Shown here: one piece after another, positions 26,822-32,697 of the stretch
Layout: every line of letters begins with the position of its first letter
Position numbering within the stretch: position 1 is the first letter of the stretch
Assembly (NCBI GenBank): GCA_947177105.1
Contig: CAMWTF010000001.1
Span: 1 to 32,697 of the forward strand
Source of the DNA: an uncultured Lachnospiraceae bacterium
GTDB lineage: Bacteria > Bacillota > Clostridia > Lachnospirales > Lachnospiraceae
DNA: 32,697 nt
Direction: 5' to 3'
Position numbers and translations under genes: made by a program
Notes under the pieces: model-generated
What the model was told of the DNA's origin: nothing
Seen by the model: the letters and a program-made list of their open reading frames with translations, nothing else
The model's database searches: none

Positions 26822-26827
26822 TATTAT

Positions 26828-26891
26828 ACTACATAACGCTGGAATTTACCGTACTGCATTGGTTAAACGTATATGGCTGGCGTTATGTAGT
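26828..26891. repeat. Inverted repeat between the vWA and SWIM genes
   Basis: ACTACATAACGC (26828-26839) / GCGTTATGTAGT (26880-26891), perfect over 12 bp. Confidence 0.75.
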
Positions 26892-26950
26892 CAGGTTGCT
26901 CGGAAATTTTAACTGTTAGGCAGTATAAATAAAGTAATAGGTATAAGCGG

Positions 26951-29254
26951 ATGATGGATTGGAGACAGAGCCTGGCGGGTGTTGACGAGGATTACCTGGT
27001 GGGCATCAGCAACAAAGGGATTGTAAAAAGGGCATATAAGGATCTGGAGGCAGCAGGCAGCGAGGCCCAGGCGGCAGCAGAGCTGGACTGGAGCGCCCAG
27101 GAACTGACAGTGGCGGCAGGGGGAGAAACTGTGACCATACGGTTTCCGCTGGCGGAGAGCCGGTGCAGCTGTCCCTCCCGCAGCATTTGCCGTCATGTGG
27201 TCATGGCCATTCTGCTGGCCCGGCAGGCGGCCAGCGGGAAAGAGGGGGCGGAAAAATCTGAAAAGACCGGCTGTGGCGGCATGGAGGCTGTCTTGGCAGA
27301 GCGTGGCGGTGATGCTCCACAGGACAAGGAAAAGACGAAGGGCGGTGTCCCCCGTAGGGAAGAACATGATGAGGATAGCAGCGGCGATCTGGGACAGCTG
27401 GTATGGCAGGAAATCCAGGCACAGCCCAGGAAACCTCTGCTGCGGGCCCTGGGCAGCAGGGGGCTGCGGCGGCTGGTCACAGCCATGGAGGCGGAGAATA
27501 TGCCCCAGGTGGAGCGCGGCAGCGTGGTGCGCATGCAGCTGCCGGGGCAGGATATGACGGTGAAACTTCTGTCTCCTCTGGAATACAGCACCTGCACCTG
27601 TCATAAGAAAGAAATGTGCAGCCACAAGGCGGAGGCTATTCTGTGGTGTCAATATCTGGAAAAAAAGCTTACAGTTCGGGAACTGGCGGAAGAACTGGAA
27701 CAGGAGCCCGCTTTTGACCTGCAGGAGCTGCGGGATACGGCGGGGCAGGTGGGGGACTGCCTGGAGCATCTGCTGGAGACAGGGCTTGCAAGGAGCGGTG
27801 TGGAGCAGGCGCAGGAGCTGGAACGTCTGGCCATTCTCTGCCATAATGCGGGTTTGCCGGGCTGGGAGGGAGATATCCGGGCACTGGCGGAGGGCTACGA
27901 GAAATACCTGCGCCGGGCGGCAGGACAGACCATGGAGAAGCTGGCCAGCCAGCTGCAAAGGTTATACGGCAAGACGGCGCAGCTTGGAATGCTGGTAGAC
28001 GAGGAGTTGTCCAAGGAGGGGAATCCATCTGTTTCCAATGGGGAGCAGCATAAGCGGATGCATCCCCAGACGTCAGACACCACCCCGAGGCCCACAAGGA
28101 GTACGACTACCCGGATCCAGGAATTGGCCGGGGAATTTCGCGCGGAATACCTACCGGTGGGAGATTTGGAACTGACGGGGATTACGGTGGAGCATTTTGT
28201 CAGCGATTCCGGCTACGAGGGTGATACCGTGTATTTTCTGGAGATGGCTACAGGAACCTGGTATACCTACACCAACGCCCGGCCCACCTTTTATGAGGGC
28301 AAAAAGAGGAGGGGATATCAGGAAAAGGCTCCCGCCCCCTGGGGCGTTCCTCTGTCCCTGGAGGGCCTGGCCAGTGTGCGGCTGCAGCTGCGGGGAGCAA
28401 AATGCGATGCCGGAGGGCGGCTGTCTTCCACCCAGGAGACCAGGGGAGAGATCCTTGGAAAAAGCGAACTGACGGCGGCGAAGCTGGAGGGCTGGTATTA
28501 TCGGGAGTATGGCAGGCTTTTTGCGGAGCAGATCCCGAAACCGGCAGGGGACCGCGGCGGTCATCCCAGTCTGGTGTTCGTGCAGGCGGCACGTTTTGAA
28601 CAGGGGCGATTCAATGAGATCACCCAGAAGCTGGAACTGCCTATATGGGATGAGGAAGATCGCCGGGTGTTGGTGGAGCTGCCTTATTCCAAACGGGATG
28701 AGGCTTCCATCCGCTATTTGGAACGTCTGAAGAAAAAACAGCAGCCCTGTTTTTTGGGTAAGGTTTATCTGCAAGGCAGTCAGATCTGCCTATACCCGGT
28801 GGATCTGCTGGAACGCCGGGAACTGGCGGAGGCGGAGGAATCCGTTTTTCCGGAAGAAAGCGGCGGCATTGAAAACGAATCCGTCCCAAGGACGGCAAGT
28901 CCTGGCACTGCCGGAAGGGGAGAACATGACAGGGAAGCCTGCCAGGCCCTGCAGAGCTACCTGGAGGATATCGGCTGGCTGCTTCAGGAGATATACCAGG
29001 TGGGGAGCGCCACAGTGCAGGACAGCACATTGGAAGCATTGCGGAGCGCGGAGAAACAGGGGGCGGGTTATGGCATGGAAACCCTGGCGGACTGGCTGCG
29101 GCAGTTGGAGGAACAGCTGTCCCAATCCCGCCACCGTCTCACACACCAGCCCTCGGATATCATGGATGTATTTTGCAGATTATGGCAGTATGTGCAGCTG
29201 TGCCGCCAGCAGACAGCCTATGACATGGCGAGCCTGATTTACCAGGGGATATAG
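26951..29254 (+). CDS. SWIM zinc-finger protein (YehQ-like)
   Basis: SNKGIVKRAYKDL and two SWIM-like motifs, CSCPSRSICRH and CTCHKKEMCSH; SDSGYEG. Confidence 0.88.
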   Translation: MMDWRQSLAGVDEDYLVGISNKGIVKRAYKDLEAAGSEAQAAAELDWSAQELTVAAGGETVTIRFPLAESRCSCPSRSICRHVVMAILLARQAASGKEGAEKSEKTGCGGMEAVLAERGGDAPQDKEKTKGGVPRREEHDEDSSGDLGQLVWQEIQAQPRKPLLRALGSRGLRRLVTAMEAENMPQVERGSVVRMQLPGQDMTVKLLSPLEYSTCTCHKKEMCSHKAEAILWCQYLEKKLTVRELAEELEQEPAFDLQELRDTAGQVGDCLEHLLETGLARSGVEQAQELERLAILCHNAGLPGWEGDIRALAEGYEKYLRRAAGQTMEKLASQLQRLYGKTAQLGMLVDEELSKEGNPSVSNGEQHKRMHPQTSDTTPRPTRSTTTRIQELAGEFRAEYLPVGDLELTGITVEHFVSDSGYEGDTVYFLEMATGTWYTYTNARPTFYEGKKRRGYQEKAPAPWGVPLSLEGLASVRLQLRGAKCDAGGRLSSTQETRGEILGKSELTAAKLEGWYYREYGRLFAEQIPKPAGDRGGHPSLVFVQAARFEQGRFNEITQKLELPIWDEEDRRVLVELPYSKRDEASIRYLERLKKKQQPCFLGKVYLQGSQICLYPVDLLERRELAEAEESVFPEESGGIENESVPRTASPGTAGRGEHDREACQALQSYLEDIGWLLQEIYQVGSATVQDSTLEALRSAEKQGAGYGMETLADWLRQLEEQLSQSRHRLTHQPSDIMDVFCRLWQYVQLCRQQTAYDMASLIYQGI

Positions 29255-29330
29255 CGACAGAGGATGATGAAGCGTATATGCCTTCTGCAAAGGTGGAATA
29301 CCAGACAGGCGGCAGGGCAGGAGAGGCGAC

Positions 29331-32000
29331 ATGATAAAGGTGGAGAAACAGAAATACACCACGCAGTCAGAACAACTCATGGCAGTATTGGAGCAGCTGC
29401 AGCTTAGCCGCATGGAACGAAGAATCGCGGAGAGTTATCTGAGAGGAGAAACCGGAAAAGAGACTCTGCGCGGCCTTAGCTTTCGAAATATGACACAAGT
29501 GTCGAGCAGCTTCAGGAATCTGGCGTTTAAATTAATGGAATCCTATTGCGTTAACAAGCAGTATGAGGAGGCAGGCAGGTACTTTAACTTACTTTATGCA
29601 TTGGGCGCCTGCACCTGCGGAGAGTGTATTCATATCGATTATCGTTTTATTACCGCCGTAAAGGGCGGACGCGTACAAGTGGACCAAAGCCATATACTGG
29701 CGGTCTGTGCCTACCGCGAAGTCCCCAGGATGGGGTTTTCCGGGGAGATAGGCTATTTGTGCGCCTTTGATCTGGAGGACCTGGGAGAAGGGATTGACTA
29801 TGATATACAGGTGGTGCGGCAGGCTCTGAGAGAGTTTCGGGGCAATTTTTGGGACGTGAGGATCATGCTGTACACTCTATATTTTTATCTGCGCAGCAGC
29901 AGAGCGGATCTGAAGGCGGGAGAATCCCCGTGGGATTGCCCTGAGATGCTGCGGGGGCGTAATAAAGAGAGAATGGTACATATTGCCCGACGTCCTGCCC
30001 ACAAAAAAAATGCCGGTTATATGGGCAACATAGGGTCCCCCTGCCTGGACGGCACAGATAAGGCGCTTCTTCGAGAATATGAGGACATACTGGTGGGCGC
30101 GTTGGGACAGATTTTCAGGCCGGATGCCTCCAGGGATATGACCTTTCGCGACATACAAGGACGGATACGCCGGGGGGAGCCTTTGGGCAGTCAGCTTGGA
30201 AGGCTTTGCAAAAGACCCGTCAATGATGCGATCTTTGCGCTGATATGCGGCAGCGCCTATGCCAATTACCGGGTTTCCGGGCAGCTGCGCAGCATAGTAA
30301 GGGTCTGCGGCGCGGCGGCGCCGGAAGAACTGCTGTATATCATTCATGCCATAAAGGGGTTTGCGGGTATCGACGACGGATTGGATGATCTTTTTGGCAT
30401 TCCTGGCAGCGTTTCCATCAACTGGGTTATAGAGTGGATTAAGGAGGGGCTTGCTTACAGAACAATGGTGGACATGGATGCGGCAAATGCGCTGTTTCGG
30501 TCACAGCTGCAAAAGTATCCCGCCCTCTATCTGGATATTTACAGAAAGACCGATTATTTTGTGGCCTATGATATGGAGCGGATCATTAAGGAACAGGACC
30601 CCGATACCTATTGGCGGGAGACGATGTCTCAAAAAGCCGGGCGTAAAAACCAGGTGCTGGATTTCTTGACCAAGAATGGGACGCGCCTCCCGGAGACCAG
30701 AGAATATCTGGAGGGCAGATGGGAACTGCCTGCGTTTTATACCCTCAAGGGGCAGTTGGGGGGTGAGCACAAAGATTCCCATAATGCCAGAAAAGCCCTG
30801 GAACTATATGACCAGGCTTACCATGAGGAGGATTTTTATGTCCGCTGTCTGGCCTATATGGCGCTGCGGGGAGTCGGCGGTTTTTTTGGCTGCGTCAGGT
30901 TTGAGAAAGTCATGCCCATGCAGGAGATGCTCCGGCGCACGTTCGCAGGTCTGACACAGGCAGGAGTGGGTCTGGCAGATCAGCTTGAGGTTGCCTATAT
31001 GATGGAGGCCGACGCATACAGGGAAGATGACAAGCAGAAGCTCACCCAGGGCTGTATTTCTATTTTTCAGCAATATCTGGCGGAGCGCACCGGAGAGACC
31101 ATGGACGCGTTTACCGCGCAGGGGTCCTATGGCCGGTATTTTGCCCTGTTGGTATACAGCCGGGAGGCCAGGCTGGAGATCATGGAGGAGAACCGGGAGG
31201 TCTGCGCCGCCGTGGCGCAGGAGTACGCAAAAGGCAAGGACGCCTGGATGGAGCAGATCCTGTCCTACAGTTTGGACAATTCCTGGACGGTCAGGCGTGA
31301 GTTGGAGCGGATACTGACGGATCGCCCCGGCTGGCGCCCTCGGATCACTGAGCTGCTCTCCGCTCCCAAGGCGGCCCAGCGGGAAATAGCTGTTTTAGTG
31401 CTGTCCAGGTGGAATACCTCAGAGGACCGGGCGGCCCTGTGGCGCTTGTGGGAGAGGGAGAAAAACAATAGAGTCAGGTCCCTGCTGGAAGAGGTGCTGG
31501 ATCAGGCAGACGAGGAAGCAAAGGAAGGTGAACCGGGCAATAGCAGCCTGGCAATGGAAAGGAAAGAACTGGTAAAAGAGCTTCACAAGGGCGGCAGGAA
31601 GCGCAGCCTGGCCTGGGCCTATGAAAGTCCTTTCAGTCCGGTACACAGAACCAACGGGGGGCTGGCCCCGGAGGAGTACCTGCAGGCCCTGCTGCTGTGC
31701 TACAGTTCCACGGTAAAGCACGGGCTAAACGCGGACGCCGCCCTGCTGGCAGAGGGCCTGGACGCCCAGGAGTTGGCGGTCTATGTGGGGGAACTTTACG
31801 ATAAATGGCTGGCGGCCGGCGCGGAGGTCAAAAAGCGGTGGGTTCTGTACGCCGCCGCCATCCACGGCGGAAAAGCCATAGTCGAAAAAGTAAGCCGCCA
31901 GATCCGGCAGTGGTCCGGGGAAGGCAGGGACGGCTTGGCGGAGGCAGCGGCGCAGGCCCTGGCGCTGAATCCCCATTATAAGGGATCACAGAACAATTAA
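29331..32000 (+). CDS. Large helical-repeat protein related to DUF4132/YehI (MolR) proteins, apparently ending before the DUF4132 domain
   Basis: C-terminal HKGGRKRSLAW...W..AGAEVKKRWVLYAAAIHGG...W....R..LAEAAAQALALN matches, from memory, the region preceding DUF4132 in Firmicute homologs; its position in a yeh-type cluster fits. Confidence 0.65.
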   Translation: MIKVEKQKYTTQSEQLMAVLEQLQLSRMERRIAESYLRGETGKETLRGLSFRNMTQVSSSFRNLAFKLMESYCVNKQYEEAGRYFNLLYALGACTCGECIHIDYRFITAVKGGRVQVDQSHILAVCAYREVPRMGFSGEIGYLCAFDLEDLGEGIDYDIQVVRQALREFRGNFWDVRIMLYTLYFYLRSSRADLKAGESPWDCPEMLRGRNKERMVHIARRPAHKKNAGYMGNIGSPCLDGTDKALLREYEDILVGALGQIFRPDASRDMTFRDIQGRIRRGEPLGSQLGRLCKRPVNDAIFALICGSAYANYRVSGQLRSIVRVCGAAAPEELLYIIHAIKGFAGIDDGLDDLFGIPGSVSINWVIEWIKEGLAYRTMVDMDAANALFRSQLQKYPALYLDIYRKTDYFVAYDMERIIKEQDPDTYWRETMSQKAGRKNQVLDFLTKNGTRLPETREYLEGRWELPAFYTLKGQLGGEHKDSHNARKALELYDQAYHEEDFYVRCLAYMALRGVGGFFGCVRFEKVMPMQEMLRRTFAGLTQAGVGLADQLEVAYMMEADAYREDDKQKLTQGCISIFQQYLAERTGETMDAFTAQGSYGRYFALLVYSREARLEIMEENREVCAAVAQEYAKGKDAWMEQILSYSLDNSWTVRRELERILTDRPGWRPRITELLSAPKAAQREIAVLVLSRWNTSEDRAALWRLWEREKNNRVRSLLEEVLDQADEEAKEGEPGNSSLAMERKELVKELHKGGRKRSLAWAYESPFSPVHRTNGGLAPEEYLQALLLCYSSTVKHGLNADAALLAEGLDAQELAVYVGELYDKWLAAGAEVKKRWVLYAAAIHGGKAIVEKVSRQIRQWSGEGRDGLAEAAAQALALNPHYKGSQNN

Positions 32001-32015
32001 TCGAGGAGGAGTAGT

Positions 32016-32697
32016 ATGTTACGTGCGGATAATTCACAGGCAAACAAGGTGCTGAGCGCCCTGGAGGAACTGGGGCTGGGTGAGGGCGAGACAGAGATCG
32101 CCAGAGAGTATCTGGACGGGGAGGCGGGAGAGGAGGTCCTGGCCGGACTGACCCACAGGAATATGACCTCTTATTTTGCCGTCAAATATAGAGTATTTCA
32201 GGAATTTTTTACATCCTGTTTGAAAAAGAAACAATATGGGAAGGCTTCCAGAACTTTTCGTCTGTTATATGCCATAGGTTCCTATAGCTGCTGTGACTGC
32301 TTTGAAAATCCGGACACTTTTATGGATGCTGTGGAAAAGGGATGTATGGACATAGACTGGGAAAAGGCTGTGGCTGTTGCCGCCCAGCACACTTTTCTGC
32401 AGGTTTACCGGCTGGCTTCCAATTATAAAGCCTATTTACTCACCACCAGGCGGTTGGAGCGTCTGGCGGAATTTGCGGACAGGAATCCGGAAATCATACT
32501 GCGGGCCTGGAAAGAGTTTGACGATGAGCAGTTTAACGGCCGCATCCTGTTGATGGCGCTGTATTTCTATCTGCGTTATGACAGGGAGGGGCAGGCTGTG
32601 AGCGGGTTTTCGGCGGGGCAGGACGGAAAGCCGGAAGAGAAGCTTAAATCGGAGGAGGGGATTCGGGGTTCCGCAGAGGATCAGGCACTGCTGGAAG
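32016..32697 (+). CDS. Paralog of the preceding gene, 3' end beyond the window
   Basis: Not in the ORF track. GAGGAGG RBS, ATG at 32016, open to the window end: MLRADNSQANKVLSALEELGL...RNMT...KQYGKASRTFRLLYAIG...RILLMALYFYLR. Confidence 0.85.
   Translation, partial: MLRADNSQANKVLSALEELGLGEGETEIAREYLDGEAGEEVLAGLTHRNMTSYFAVKYRVFQEFFTSCLKKKQYGKASRTFRLLYAIGSYSCCDCFENPDTFMDAVEKGCMDIDWEKAVAVAAQHTFLQVYRLASNYKAYLLTTRRLERLAEFADRNPEIILRAWKEFDDEQFNGRILLMALYFYLRYDREGQAVSGFSAGQDGKPEEKLKSEEGIRGSAEDQALLE

Noticed and set aside
1-32697. CRISPR array, tRNA/rRNA, intact transposase/integrase or reverse transcriptase
   Set aside because: None seen by eye; no repeat-spacer pattern in any intergenic region.

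Overview
A Clostridia-like window (probably Lachnospiraceae; inferred from gene content and sigma-A promoters). Left to right: (1) a minus-strand cluster of a CooC-type ATPase, a hypothetical protein and two 2-hydroxyacyl-CoA dehydratase subunits, the last running off the window; (2) a MerR/GyrI regulator with a 19-bp-spacer promoter, and an esterase; (3) an AT-rich three-gene island (Panacea/SocA antitoxin, DUF3696-type ABC ATPase, coupled unknown protein) that looks like an uncharacterised defence or toxin-antitoxin system; (4) a T-box leader with an apparent Ile specifier and a non-canonical antiterminator, ahead of a four-subunit 2-oxoacid:ferredoxin oxidoreductase operon porCDAB; (5) a DUF853 ATPase, small alarmone synthetase, membrane-anchored hypothetical, Rpn-like C-terminal remnant, MarR-flavodoxin pair and a chemoreceptor; (6) a YehL/YehM/YehP/YehQ-type MoxR-vWA-SWIM cluster followed by two diverged DUF4132-family-like paralogs, with an in-frame 813-bp tandem duplication in the YehM-like gene. 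Family calls come from motifs recognised by eye; no database searches were run.
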